Assembly (NCBI GenBank): GCA_036172245.1
Contig: JAYWIR010000018.1
Location: 1,116,001-1,180,000, forward strand
DNA from: Raillietiella orientalis
Lineage: Eukaryota
Length of the DNA stretch: 64,000 nucleotides
Direction: 5' to 3'
Shown here: piece by piece, positions 36,051 to 49,899 of the stretch
How the letters are laid out: each line of letters begins with the position of its first letter
How positions within the stretch are numbered: position 1 is the stretch's first letter
Program-made: the position numbers and the translations under genes
The notes under the pieces: generated by a model
Database searches by the model: none
What the model saw: the letters and a program-made list of their open reading frames with translations, nothing else
Told to the model about the DNA's origin: nothing

Positions 36051-39000
36051 GATCACTGTCCCAGACCAGTGGTAACGACCTCCCCATGAGGGTCGCTACC
36101 GGCCTTTTCAAAAAGAAAAAGGGGAGAGAGAGAACCCCAGGATGAGTGGGGTTCCAGGATTGTGCTCGCTGACCCATGCGATGCCAGCAGGCTCTCGTGG
36201 TGACCGGCTGTTGTTGGTCTGGAGAGCAGCCAAGGTCTCCTGCCGAACTTTCATGAAAGAGGCATCGAAGGTGGGTCGTCCCTTTCCTTCCCCCCACCTC
36301 CTCTACCCTTCCACTTTCGTAGCGCGCTCGAACGAAGTCTGGCCTTCACGAGTACCGTAGGGTCAAGCGAAGGGTGCCTCCATCGGCACCTCGCCACACA
36401 GTCCGACTCTAAGGACGCGCCCGACCCGGCGCCAAGTCCCTTCCCTTTGGGGCAGCTGCGAGCGGTTAGGTATTTCCGCGGGATTGTCAGCAGGCCTTCG
36501 AACCGGCGGTGCAGCCGAGAGGCGCTGGGGCTAGAGCTCCTCCTAGCTGTGTTCTCCACCACCTCCTGGAGGTTCGGGCTCTCTCCAGACCCCTTCCTGG
36601 ACAACCAGCCATCCTCTGGACGGAGGAAAAAATCCTTCACAAGACCCGAGAACCCACTGGCTCTTGAATGTCAGGAGCGTTCTGTAGGAGGGGAAAGGGG
36701 GGTTCTCCTATGGCTAGTTCAAGAAAGCGAGGATTTCTCCTACCCGAAGACCTCGGCGCGGGACAGCCGAGGATCTATCAGACCCAAGGGCCCGAGAGAA
36801 GATTTTCGATCGCGGCATGGGTGCTTTCGGTTACTCAGAAATCACCCCGAGGCTGAATTCGTGGTCATTTGTGCTCAGAGGGTTCACTTGGTACTCTTGG
36901 ATGCTTCTGGAAGGATCCGGTGTCCTGCTGGAAACCTCTCTTTCTCTCCCCCTTTCTCTTTTTCTTTTCATTTCGTCTTCCATCTTATGAACTCTCTCCA
37001 GGAAAGCTTGCGCAACGTCCTCGTCGTCCTCACTCTCGGAAGGACTTCCTTTCCTCTAACGGATGCGAACGTGACCGCGTGCAGGTCATCCACCTTTTCA
37101 TTGGTTGAAGAAACAGCTGAAAAAGCAGGAAAAAAATGGTCGATGATGTTGGAGAGCCGTTCTTTCGGGAGTATCCGAAGCAGTGCTGGAAGCACACCAG
37201 TGTCCAGTTCTCTTGTTCTCTCCGCTGCCTCGCCCGCGGCAGCGATCGCGGTCGCGCGTAGCCGCGGCGGATGCGAGCAGCGACGACCATGCTCGTTGTC
37301 TTTTCCTTGGAAGTAGCGCTGAGATCGCAGCACGTGACAGCATCTCAGGGAGGAACTTGTGCCGGCATCCCGGAATGGATGCTGGGGACCCCAGGGAGGT
37401 CACCGTGATCCCTTCCCTGGTCGCCCAACCGCTTTTTGAAACTTTCATCTTTTTTGTTATTTATTTATTTATTGTGTTTGCTCCCTCCCCCTGACTTTCC
37501 TCCTGCATGGACCTCTGTCGGCAAGCTCATGAGAGCAGTGATAGCCTTGATGACTCTTGCCGAAGTGGTGGGATTGCAATCCAGCCCACGGAGGAATGGT
37601 GCACTGTTGGATATGTTGGCTCTTTCACTGTAGAGCTTTTTTTTTCTAATTCAAGAAACGCCCCAGCGTTACTGGTTGACAATTCTCCCTGCTTCCCGCA
37701 ACAAGGGAATCCTTCTTCCGCCTTTCCATCTCGATCGGTGTTCTGGCTCGGGAAAGTGCATCCGAGTTTCGTTTGCTGCTATTTTATGGACTCCATTTTC
37801 TCACGAGTTGGCGCACCTTATGGGACAATGGCCGTTCTTCAAAGGGAATGGCCTTTTGTATCTCTCTTTCCTAGAGCTTCTTTCTACTACTCCATCCTCC
37901 TTCGCAATTGTTCTTTACAAACTGCTCGATGGCTGCTCCCTCTACTCTTTTGAGCGAATTACTGAAACGCTACAAGCAGTGCCACTGGGAAGGAAATTCG
38001 TCTGTGTCTTCCGAGTGGTATTTCGATTTCCTTTCAAGTGTGCATTTCAGAAACAAGAAAATTCTCCCTGAGCTTTCGAGGACATAGCATCATTGTCCTC
38101 CTCGATGCCCATTAAAAGTCTGCTTGGTTGGAGCTACTGAAAAAGGGAAGTCTGTTCCTCTGGGCTTTTGAGAGTCCTAGAGGGATCCCCATTCTCTTAG
38201 AATGCCTTGCTTGTCTGAAGGCCTGCCTCGCGTTAAAGCAATCTAAAAGGATTCCTTTTTCTATCCTCGGAAATTATTCAGAACAGATCTCCCGGATAGA
38301 AGCCACTTTTTTGCTCGCATCTGGAAAACTCTCAGTATCATGGCCTCCTGTGGAGCTAAGTGAAATTCCCCTCTATCCTCCTTAGAGGCAAGAAACGATC
38401 CGTTTCAAATCGTCAAGTAGAATTCCAGGGTCCTCCATCTTGCAGAGGCATCGAAAGGCGCCTATTTTCAATCTGGATTGTTGCGTCTTTCCCTAAAGCG
38501 CTAGTCTTCTTCTTCGGAATCTGTTCCAAAGAGTACTGGTATTCTTGTTCCCTTGCTTTGTTAAGATACTCGAGTGACACGCGTGAATCTTTTATGCATG
38601 AATCTTGCACGTGTGCTTTCTTTTGTGTGTGTGAGCAAAAGTACTCTATTTAATTACCAATCGGTACGCTTCTGTATTGCATGTCGTGGGAAAACAGAAA
38701 CCTTACGGTTGACTTGAAAGTGTCTCCGAGTGGTGTTTGGTCGTTCGATATTGGAAATCAAGAACTCGCAGTACCTGTTTGAAAATCCGCGAAGTGCTTT
38801 CTTAGAAAAGGAGTAAGACAATGAAAATAAAAGAAAAAAAATCGTTGAGGCGATTTCTTCTAGACAGGATGCTTTACGTCCTAGGGGTCAAAACATTCCG
38901 TTCCAGGTACACAAATGAGTGCTTGGGCGCTCGGATGTGCGCCTGTTCCTAACGGACGCATAATTGAGCTCGGTTCCCAAGAAGTGATCCTACGAGAGGT

Positions 39001-39683
39001 GTGTTCAGAAACGTGCCCGCTTCGGGATGCAGAGGAAGGCTGGTTTGTTCACAGTCCTTGTGGGATGCATTTGTTGAAAACGTCGGCGGCAGAGAGGATG
39101 CAAGGCAAGATGCAGTGGAGGAAGAAATCCTGCACATTACAAGGGATTACTGATGATGCAAACGGGAAATACATCCGATGCAGCTGTACACGGTTGTGTA
39201 TATGCGCGCTCACAAGCGACGATGTTTCCCACCCGGGTGTGCCGGGGGGTTTATTACTAAACTATCCGGGAACAGAGTTCCCGGACAAAGGACACAATAA
39301 CGAATGGAGGGGTCCCCGACACGCAGGTCGGTAAACCGAAAGTCCGGAACGGAAGGAAGGGGACCACAAATACACATATAAAAAATATAAATAAAGATAT
39401 GGGGAGGATAGGGGACAGGGGTCTTTGGTTTCGACCGTTCCTTTCCTTCAGAACCGGCAGTGGATGCCGGAGATCTCGCTCCTCACGTCCTCTGGAAGAT
39501 GGGCCCACTCGGCAGCCGACGTCATGTTCTCGTCTGCTATTCCGGTGGCCTGTCGTCGAATCGCCTGCTTCTCCAGCCCTCGACGCACACAGTACAAGCG
39601 ACGCTGTACTGTGTGCGTACCACCCAATGCACAACACTAATGCACGTTCCGAACGTCCTGTTTTTCGTCCGTCTCGACGGGCC

Positions 39684-39725
39684 GAGCACGTGAGCACGTG
39701 AGCACGTGACGCGCTCACGTGCTCA
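39684..39725. promoter_or_regulatory. Cluster of four canonical E-boxes (CACGTG)
   Basis: CACGTG at 39687, 39695 and 39703 (8 bp period GAGCACGT) and at 39716. The last two form the inverted repeat TGAGCACGTGA-cgcgc-TCACGTGCTCA. Regulatory function is inferred only. Confidence 0.4.
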
Positions 39726-40122
39726 GCTTTCGTGACGCATTCGTCCCATTGTTGCAGTCAAGGAACGTTCTCGAAGCAAAGGCGGATCTTTCTTCAAAGG
39801 TAATCGTAGGGCAGTGCAAACAAGGATACTGGGGCGAGAAGGAAGTGTGATAAATTTTAGCAGCAGCGGAAAGTCCACAAGCAATGGAAAGGATGTGCAG
39901 ATAACATCTGAAGCGTTAAAGATTCCCCCCTCCCCCTCCCCCCTCAGTATGTGTGCGCGTGTTCGCGCTAAAAAGCGCGACACCGTTGCTTGGACTGCTG
40001 CAAAACTCGAGGCACCTGTATTTTTCGAAATGAATGGACAAAAAAGGTACGCCGTGGCCGATCTTGTTTCCAGGGTCTCTTCGGCATGGAGACACCGTCT
40101 CCATCCAGTCGCAGTCATTCGC

Positions 40123-40880
40123 TTTTTTTTTTGTTTTTTTCTTTTTCTGGTTTTCGTTTTCTTGGTTCACCAAGTGCGGAAAAATGCACACCTCCTTAAG
40201 GGGGAACTCATGAAGATCTTTAAACGCTGTCCAAGCCACCCCTGAGGGTGCGCGTAGCTCTTCAAGCGGACACCCCGGGAGGGGACATTCTATGAATCCG
40301 GGAAGGCTACGGAGAAAGGAGTCCGTTTCTTTTACTCTTGAGAGGGAACTCCGAAGGAAACCACCTCTTCCTCATTCTCTCCGGAGGGACCAGCCGGTTC
40401 CCTCCTCATTTCTGCGAAGGAAATCCGAAAGCGAACTGCTCCCTGTTTTCTTCTCTGAAGAGAACCCCGAAGGGACGCTCCCAAATTTCTCTGAAGGGAG
40501 CAGCGCGCTCTTTGCACTCTGGAGAGGCAGCCCTCCGAGAGGAAGCATCAACCACCTGCCTGGTGCTCGATTCAGTGTCCCTCCCGAGGGGGAGGACGAC
40601 TCCGTTTTCCCAACCGGAGGGGAACCCAGAATGTCTCCTTGGTTCCTGGAAGAACCCCGGAGAGTCAGCTTCCAATCCCGACCAGTCAACGGGGGCATCC
40701 GGCTCCCTCCAGTGCTGCATCTACAGCCTACAGATCAACCGGCGTCGTCCTTCGAGGGGGACTCGAATTTATGAAGCACCCCGTTCTCGGCGTCGATCCT
40801 TCTCTGGGTGGGATTCGAGCCCGCAAAGCTCGGCACCACGCGTGGAGATCGCAAACGCACGGCCGCCAACGCAGGCACGT
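40123..40880 (-). repeat. SINE-like family copy D (full length)
   Basis: The reverse complement reads gcctgcgttggcggccgtg...gggctcgaatcccacccagagaaggatcgacgccgagaa, then the shared body, ending gcacttggtgaaccaagaaaacgaaaaccag plus an A-rich tail. Confidence 0.85.
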
Positions 40881-42240
40881 TTTTTTATCCGACTTTCATT
40901 TTTTTTTTATCCGAATGTTTGTTTGCTCACGTTCGTTCTTGATAGTGGGGGGAAACATCACTCTCAATCCGGTTATGTGTTTTGTCTTCCGTCGACGTCT
41001 CAGTACCTTTATTTTTCTCATTTTCATTTCCATTCGAAAGCAAAGGAAGCTTCCAGAAACTTCTGAAATTCACCAGAGTTACGGAGTAACGGGTGATTTT
41101 TATCCCGATTGCATCTCAAGGTACACCGAATCACCGAACACATCCAATCATCCGAGTAATCATTTCTCCAGGAAAAATTTTTGGAGCATCATCGGTAAGC
41201 GCCGCGTTTCTTTCCATTGAGGCACCATAAAGGTGCTTTCCATTTTAGAGACAGGAGATTTCAGCGGCACCACGCCAAGGATGCAGGATACACGTGTCAA
41301 GAAGCAAAAAAGAAGCAAGCAACCTTCGAACGCTGAGCATTCAAAGAAAAGGTCTCGGATATGTCAACGAGTTGCGACTTGTTATTCTTGCAGCAACAAA
41401 GAGGAGTGGACTCAAAGTGGCTCCAGAATTCAATCCCCAAATCACCAGATCCATTCTATGATGGGGATATCAAGAACAAAATGCTCTTTCTGTACTAGGG
41501 ATTAGAAGAGGCCATGACATATAGCAGCGTCTTTGTAACGAGTCAGCCTCCATCGCGATGAACTCACCGCATTCAAAGAGGTCAGTTCATAACGCTGAAT
41601 CGAATAATAGTGCTGGACATCTGCTGCCCGTTCGAGGGTGGAAAAGAGGCGTTCAGCATAGCTAGGAAGAACAAAGTGGAAATTATATGTGTAAGGAAGT
41701 ATAACTTGCTTTGGTGAGAGATGACAATCTTTTTTTCGTTGGGCAGCAGCAACGACAGACCAGGTATTCTAACTTAATTTATGAACATGGACAGATAGAT
41801 ATCTAGGAATGAAAAGAAACAGAGGTCAAACGAGATCTCTTAGCGTATTGCCTCTGCAGGCGCGAAGCATCTCGTTTTTGCTGTGCAATGACTGTGACAG
41901 ACTCAAAGATCTCAGAATGACTGGTTGTTCCAACATTCGTGTCATCATTGCAGCAAAAATTACATGTCGTCAGCCCTGCAAGAACTTCTCAGCAGAATAT
42001 TTTTTCGATAAGAAATTTGTTGCAGATCGCAGTGGAGCGTTCACATATGGCGAAGCCAATCTTCTCGAATATTATAACATTGGAGTTTCTCCTGGGCTCC
42101 CTACTGGAACTGGCTACACTGAACGAAAGGATGGTGCGTGGAGCACACGTATCATCCACAAGAGGAAGAATCAAGAGACAAAGAAAGGTTCGGAAAACCA
42201 GAAATCAAAAAGACACAAAAAACGGTCAATACAAATTTAA

Positions 42241-43334
42241 CCCTCTATAGTCCGAATTTTTTTCAAGGCTATAAAAAAATTATGCAACGTGAAATTAACA
42301 AATATCAACCTTTAGATACAAGTTAATAATGAATTCAGTAGTTTAAATGGTTTTACTGTAACGAATATGCTTTGTAACTTTGGGGTTACAACGGCGTACA
42401 CTTGTGCGTATAAAAGCTCAAGGATGGAATTTCATAAAACAACCCGTAAATTGACAAAAAAACAACCAAAGAATTGTTCTATCTCATTAGATGAAAAACC
42501 TTTAGGTTTTCCTGGATCACGTTGCAGTGCGTATGTATTGGCATGGTCAACTATATTACTGATAATTTCGTCATCAAATAATTTTCGGAAATAGGTCATA
42601 GGAGAGTAGGGTGCTTCAGGACCTTCAGGACAGTTTCCTTTGCAAGGAATATGAAGACTATTTTTCGGATGAGATACCGATTGCCAAGAATTTTTTTGTG
42701 ATTTTAAATTTTCATCATATGATGATTCACCACTAATTTCATCGTCGCTATCAATAATATTTATACGCCGTCGGGTAAATACTATGGGCTGATCTTCGTC
42801 CGAGTCAGATTCTAATAAAGAATCCACGGATCTATTACCGCAAATGCTTCTTATTCTTACTACTCTTTTATTTTTATATGCTTTGGTATTCATATTTTAG
42901 GCCTTTAGTATATAAAACTAAGAAAAAAAGAAAACAAGCATTATCGCAAATACACCGAATCCTACCATTATAGCTCATTGTGTGACTTGAAAGTCACAAA
43001 GCTATATCATGTGAAAATAATAACAAAATGATTGTTTAAATACAAATAAATAAGATATTATTGATATACAGATCAAGAGCTATTACGTAGACTTTTTCTT
43101 GTTTATAGAAACACCGATAGAACAAAAAATAACTTTTATCTATAGAAAACTCGTAAAAGCATTTACCTCGATGACTCGGGTTGGAGTTGATATCCGTTAC
43201 CAAGACTGCTATTGGTTACCAAGGAGACGTTATACAACAAGATGTATATGCCACCTTGCGGGAAAAAAACTAAATATATCAATAGAATATCGATAAATTA
43301 GCATGTGACTTCAATCACACGGGCCTATAGAGGG
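42241..43334 (-). mobile_element. Internally deleted, non-autonomous piggyBac DNA transposon (1094 bp)
   Basis: Terminal inverted repeats CCCTCTATAG(t/g)CC, TTAA at 42237-42240 and TAAA at 43335-43338. The interior is AT-rich and contains a transposase remnant. Confidence 0.92.
42418..42893 (-). pseudogene. Truncated piggyBac (PGBD-like) transposase
   Basis: Acidic N-terminus (ESDSDED, DSDDE) followed by SPMTYFRKLFDDEIISNIVDHANTYALQ...SSNEIEQFFG, the typical PGBD N-terminal block. It is joined directly, in another frame, to CQFTGCFMKFHP* (stop 42418-42420), the typical end of the C-terminal Cys-rich domain. The DDD catalytic core is absent. Confidence 0.88.
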
Positions 43335-45507
43335 TAAAGCAACTACCCAAACCCTTGTCTTCACTCCGAGCTCCAGCGGAGGCTGCTTCAGAACTGTTGT
43401 TTCCTCGTGTACACTCTTCATGTGTCATTAGAGAAGCAAGAACAACGGCATTCTCGGATCGCTTGCAGGTAGACAGTACTTGTCTGCCTGGCTTGTGATG
43501 GATCCCACTCTCTTTAGCACACTGAGAACACGAGTTCTGCACTGGGAGCTTCGTCCGGAAATGGTCTAACCCGTCCATGTCTGCGTTATCACTAAAGGAA
43601 GTAGACGCATTCAATAAATCAGGATTATCACTGGAAAAAAAGAAAAAAAAAACTTTTAAAAAGCTCACATACAGACACACACAGAGACACCATATTATTC
43701 CTGGTGATGCAGCATTCACCAATAATTCAAAAAAGAAAGGTAGGAGAAAATGATCTCGAGCTCATTTTGAACCGCTGCGCGCGCGCTACGCGTTTGTTCA
43801 GCCTAGTGCCAACAATGCCAGAGTCACTCGCCGCGCGTCGTCCGTTGCCATGCACACGGGACGGACACAACTTGCGAGAGCACAGGAATGCCGTACATTT
43901 TTTGTCCTGCAGGGAATCTCTCTCCTTATGCGTTGCGGGTCCCTGGTCCTCCAAACGTGATGATAGTGTGACGTGACCTCGCGCAACGCATGAAAGAGTG
44001 CCGAAGAGAGCGGGCGAGGTCCCCGAGCGGGATGTCTCAAGATGAAGGAGCGGCATCGCGTTAGCTCGAGAAATTGAGACCGTCCATGTAGGCCAGTTCT
44101 GATTAATCCCCCGTTGATAAGCAGCAGAGAACTCTCAAGGAGATAAACAAAGATTAATGGAGCGGGGTTTTCTTAACATGCATCCTGAAACACACCTAAC
44201 AGTGGCTGTATTCCAGAAACGGATGTGGTCGGCTGAACACGGAGCAGATCAGGCCTCGTTTTGAAGATTCACTTTCGTTCCATGCTGTCCCCTGACCAAT
44301 AAACATCCGCGGTTTAGTCATGGGTGGCAGGCAGCCCACTTGCGACGCAACGAGAATTTTTTTCCCGGTCATGCCGAGGCCGGTGATGTTTCTTTGCTAC
44401 AAAAATAAATAAATAAATAAGCATTCAGACTGGATAGGTAGTGAAGCTCAGCCGAGTCGATCCCAGAGAGTGCTGGGGAGTTCTTCAACGGGAACGGAGG
44501 GAACAAAAGGAACCGAACAAAACAAGAAGGATTGTTTATGTGGTTAGGGAGGGCCAAGGGAAGGATCCCCAGCATCTCTTCGCTGCTTCTCCTCAAGGCA
44601 GCTCCAGGTCGGACCACCTCGACGCCTCCTGAGGAACCGGGTGGCGAAGAGGGTGGGGGTCCCCCGCCGTTGCGTCCTCTCTCGGCAACGCGCAGGCAGC
44701 AGAGCTCTGCGATTGCGGCCGCGTGCGGCATGGCAGTCCGCACAAAGAATGTCTCCAAACTGACGCTGGGGTTGTCCATCCGGATGGGGAGGACCGAGGT
44801 TCAACGGAGGAAGAGGAGGAGGTGAAGAACTCATCGATCGGTGGTGTCTCAATGCCGATAAAGGGACCGTACGGCCGTTGCCAGAGTTCCTCAGCGCGTG
44901 CACTACTCATTCAAGAAACGCAAACACCGCAGCCAGGGTGTCCGAGGGATTCGTGTTCCGGAGAATGCGATTCCAGCAACCGGTGGCGATGGAATCGCAT
45001 CTTCTCAAGACGAAGCAGGAAGGTTCATCTCTGCCTTGCCTGCTCTCCATGGCCCGTCCAGGGAAACATTCGCCCCTTCGGGCATGCCGCTGCCTGCTCA
45101 CCGACTACCCTCTGCCGCCCCACACCGACAGCGGTGGTCGCTGAAACGGAGGAAGAGTGCGGATCCTGCTTGCATCTCGGGGAGCCACTGGCAACTGCCG
45201 TAGCACCCGAGAGCGGAGCGCGACGAGTCGGCGCCAGTTGGGATGCTCAATGAAAGGGAGCCTCAGGACAACTGAGATCTCTCCAGATGCTCACTCGTGT
45301 ACTCCATCCTTGTTAGAGACGGATCTTCGGGAACCCTGGCCATCACCATGAGGCCGATCCATCCAGCTCCTATTCGTTCATGGACCCATCCCTCCCTGAT
45401 CATACCTCCGGTGGAGGTTCGGACCCTGTCACCTCGAGTCTGCAGACTCGACCCTCCTTTTGATTACATTTTATTTATCACGAATGAGTAACCCGGTGTG
45501 TATTTGT

Positions 45508-45590
45508 TGGTAGCCCACGTGCCGCGGTGGCGATCGCGTGGAGATCACTGCCGTCGTGCAGCATAAGGTCGCGGGTTCGAAACCTGGAGG
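45508..45590 (+). repeat. tRNA-derived SINE head or tRNA pseudogene fragment
   Basis: ggtcgcgGGTTCGAAACCtgg B-box with an upstream gtggcgatcgcgtgg A-box-like motif. No clean cloverleaf, and the downstream sequence does not match the main SINE body. Confidence 0.4.
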
Positions 45591-48500
45591 CGACACACGG
45601 AGCGCACTCACCGAGAGTCTTTCTTGGGAGGGGGAGGGGGGTTGCCACCGTGCAGCTGCTCTTCGTAGGGTCGCCGGCGACCATTGTCAGTCAGCGGAAG
45701 GATCAACACTTCGCTATCTTGTTTCTTCGTGCTGCTTCCTCGACTCACTAACGTGGACGTCATGAGCATGGGAAAGAAACCTGATCCTCGGCCGGTTCCG
45801 GACCTCGTTCCCTCTTCAAACTGCATCCAGAGCTGCTCTGCTGCGCCCCGAGAAGAGGTTCATGGTGCTTGTCCCGTCGTGTTCGCCAGGATCCCTCGGG
45901 GACGCCCGTTCCTGATTCTCGAAAGCCGTGGGTTCTTGAGGGGGCAGGCCGGTGACGCGCCTTGTTCTCCTGCCCTGGATTCTCCTCGCGGCGAGAACGC
46001 GGGTTCTCTCCGGACCACCAGCAGATGAGGGCAGATCCCTTCCTCGACCTCCTCGTCGCACAAAAGAGAGGTCGTCGAGGCGAAGCGCGAGTCCACGGTC
46101 ATCCTGCCCGGAATTGATCGTCATCGTCATCGTCGTCGTCGCTGTCGGCCAGCGCCTCCTCTTTCTCCACTTCCGATTTCCCTTTTCACTGTCTCCCGAG
46201 AAGGCGGTCCTCCCTGCCACGGCGTTCCACGGCGCTCTGGGATCTTTCCGGCAGAACCAACGGTCGGAGGCGGGAAGAGGCACCGTCGTGGGTGGCTGCC
46301 CCCGTTCCAGGACGCTGCGAACGGCCCAGCGCAATGGGGAGGAGGGCCGGCCTCGCGCGGCGCCCGTCACCAAGCCAGGAATTCCGCTGGGTGGGCTCGA
46401 CCCGGTCTTTTGTTTCCTGTCAGCGAGGAATGCGCCGCCCGCCCGCGTGTGCGTCCCTGTGTGGCACGTGGGGCAATCGACCTCGGGCGGAGGGAGCGCG
46501 GCAGAGAGCCGGTTCGTGGGCTCTCTCTCGGCGGGAGCCGCTCCCCTTCCGCGTCGGCTGCCCTTTCCCGGAAAGCTGTTGCCTCCCAGCTTCCTCCCCT
46601 CACAGCCACGCCCTCCGTCATTTCGTCTCGAGAGGATGAGTCCGCGGATAGACTTTCGCGGTCTCCTGCATCGACGCCTTCACTTCTTCCTCAGTCCTCG
46701 TGGACCCTCGGAGCAGATTCTTATCGAGTTTCCCTCCCCTCCTCTCCCTTCGTTAGCAGCTTTGCCTCGTCGGGCGGGAGGCGCTGCGCTCGCAGCCAGG
46801 TAGATGCACCGAACCGGGCTTCTTTCAATTCAGAGATGAAGAGCGCTGAGGTCCAGGCCACCAGACGGTTGGGATTGGATAGCGACGGAAAGGAGCCCGC
46901 GGATTTGCGCACCAGATGGGAGAGGAGCTTTCCGCTGACCGGGAAGAAGGGGATACATGTAGGAGAACGCTTTGCCCATGTAGAAGGATATCTGGACGTC
47001 GCAATTGTCCGGACTTCTAGTGCCGCTTTTAGCGCGGGGGAATCCGGGAACGGGAGGAACCTCGAGAAGAGCTCGGTGATATCCGGGACCGCATCTTGGT
47101 GCGCGGAGGCGATGCCTCTTCAAGGCGAGAGGGTGAGGCGTGGAGAGAGGAGGGGGGGCATGGCCGAAAGCGCGCCTTCCCGTCCCCTCTTGGACTCTTT
47201 AGTGGCTCTGCCCGGTCGTGAAGGCGACTGGGAACGAGCACTCACCTGAGGGGGCGAGCCTTCCTGCCACGGACGACACTGAGCTGAGCACTCCCAAGAC
47301 GGAGGTCGGTAACGACGAGACATCTAGCGCTGTCTCTCTGCACCTCTCAAGAATGCTGTGGAGCGCTGCTGTCTCGACGAGGCGGCGATGCTTTCCCGCG
47401 CCCTCGTTTCCGCTTCCCAAAAAGTCAGGGAGGAGAGGAACACATCCGACGCGTGCAGCACCGTGCAGCTGGTGTCGACTGGGAAAGGGACGCCCTTCAT
47501 CCCTCGTTCCTCCTACCCCTTGAAAGGAGCGGTCGTATGGTTCCCCTCGGAGATGGCCTCGCCACTCTTCACCGTCGAACCAGCGTCGGATCAATTCCTT
47601 CTCGAGCGCTCTCCGCGGTAGAGGGAATAGGAAGGCGGACCGTGTCGCCTGCCACCGACTCCCGAGCTGACCTCTGGCTTCCTTCTATGCGTACTTTTGC
47701 TCAGGTGGCACGGTCGGTCTGGTTCTCGGTCTCCCGAGACCGCGCGCTCGCTGCGGACTTCGGAGCTCCCACGAAATCTGCGACCGACCTATCGGTCCCT
47801 GGGGACTGGCCGCCGGGTTGGGGTACAGGACGGGCAGGCGCGTCCCGCTTCAGCTCGCGTTCCATCCTTCCATCATCATCTCCTCACTGCCATCACCGTC
47901 GTCGTCATCGTCTGCTCTTTCTTCATTCTTTCCTATCTGTATCGGGACGAAGCGCTCGCTTCTCCTGGTGCAGTACGGGCGTCCACAGCGATCGTTGTTC
48001 TACCTCAGTGCCTTCCCGAGGTTCCCTCTGGAGGAAGCAGCTTCACTCTCGGGACCAATCTTCCTCGGGAAGGGAACACGGGAAGCTCTCCCCTCCCAAG
48101 TCGGTAAGGAAGGGAAAACGGGAAGAGCACAAAGGGCGAGTTTCATCTCGGTCGTCTACAGCTCTTTTTCCTTGGCCGTTTTCCCTCGCTCCCCTCACCT
48201 TCCCCCCACATCCATACCTCAGGAGGAAAGGAGTGTTTCCTGGTGCGCGTCGAGAGCGGGGCAGGGAAGAGAATCGGCAGCAGGCGGAGCGGGTTGCCAT
48301 CGGCACAGAGTTTTTGGGTGAGCCCGTCCGAAAGAGCAGCAGGAGAGTGAAAAGAAAATTTATCAAAGATTCCGGGAGCCTCGAGGGCGCGAGTTGAGCC
48401 CTCAGTCACGCGATTTCTCTCCAAGGGCCGGCTCCGTAGCAACGGGGACCCTCTCCATGGCACCAAGAAGCAGGAGGAGGCAGACGATTCAGGGTTGCCG

Positions 48501-49899
48501 TCGCCATGATGAACCCGGCGGGGCAGCGTTGCGTCGGGATGCATCCCCGTTCTGGGAGGCGGAACGGTGCGTTCTCGAGCCCGAGGCACCTTGTACCACT
48601 CGGCCTCGCTGGGAGGGAGGTGAGACAAGCTTTCCCGGATCGATCTGCGATTCCTCTCGTCTTGGGGACGAAGTAGGGGTGAATGACCTTCTGTTTCGCT
48701 GGTGCCGGACAGCCAGAGGATTATTCCCGGATCTCCTCTTCCGCGCTTCCGGCAGTTGCTCACGCGCTCCTCAGTCGGGCGCTGCGGCAGCGGCGCGGCG
48801 TAAGCATGGAGAGCTCTGCAGCACCTCCTCGGAACCTTCCCTCGCAAGGAGCAGGCCGGAGACGAGAACGCGAGTGGTGGGACTCTCCTCTAGGCGCCTC
48901 GAGGGCGGCGGGCTGCTATCTCCTCCTGCCCTTCCGGGAGGACCACTGGAGATCCACATTACTGCTCTCCTCGCACGTGGCTTCTGCACTTCTCTTCCTC
49001 TTCCTCTCTCGAGAGAGGGAGAGGAAGAGAAGTGCAGAAGCCTCTTCCTCTATCGAGAGGTCGCGTCGGCCTTGTGACTTCCGGGAATAGCTGTGTTCTC
49101 TGAGGTGGGAGTAGCGGTTTTCCTCCTCCATCCTAGACGGGGCAGCAGCGGCTGCGTCTAAGGCAGGGGCAGGTGAACTGTTGCAGGTCAGCTGCCGGAG
49201 GAGGAACCACATTAGACGGGCATTCAGGGCGTCTCTTACGATCCAACAGCCTTAAGGACACTGCGCTTCTCCTCTTCTTAAGCTCTGCTCTTCTCCTGGA
49301 GCACCCTCTCAGCTCTGCTGTTGTCGCTGCTGTTGAGCTGGCACCCCCTCCATCTCCGACTGCTTCCTCTGTGGTTCTCTTTCCAAGTCTTTCCCGTGGA
49401 CCACGGACAGCTCCCGGGCACCTACGTCTGCAGCAACCCGCGTGGGTCCCGATAACGAGTCTGCTTCCGCCGTAAGCCCTTCCTCCTGGCTGCCCTTTCT
49501 TGAGAGCTAGCACGCTGCAGTGATGATCTTCCCGACTCTGTCATCTCTTTCCAGGATCCTTTCTCAGCGGGCGTTCTTGGCGACCGAGGACTCCGACGAC
49601 CCCGGCGTTCTCACGGAGGCGCGCAATGTTGGAATCTCTGCGAGGGCTCCTCTCCCGTCCTCGAAGAAGAGCCCTCCAGACTCGCGCATCCCCGAACCTG
49701 TTCAACTCATCCCTGAGGGACACAGCAGTGTCTTCTGGATGACCTCGAACTCTCCGGGTTCACTGCTTCATCGCGAGGAGCGAGGAAGAGCGTCAGACCA
49801 TCTCCAGACGGCTCAAAAGAACGTCGCCTAGCACGAGGTCCCCTCTGGCAGCGAGGTACAGCTGAGTTTCCGGGACCGGAACTCCAAGGGGACTCCTTT

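Noticed and set aside
36968..37333. Protein-like minus-strand ORF (GVLPALLRILPKERLSNIIDHFFP...)
   Set aside because: No family recognised and no convincing splice donor or partner exons; cannot be supported without a search.
44300..49500. Many overlapping 150-314 aa ORFs (e.g. 47453-48397, 45952-46803; also 16062-16979 and 59784-60650)
   Set aside because: Arg/Pro/Ser/Gly-rich, open in several frames on both strands as expected from high GC, with no recognisable domain.
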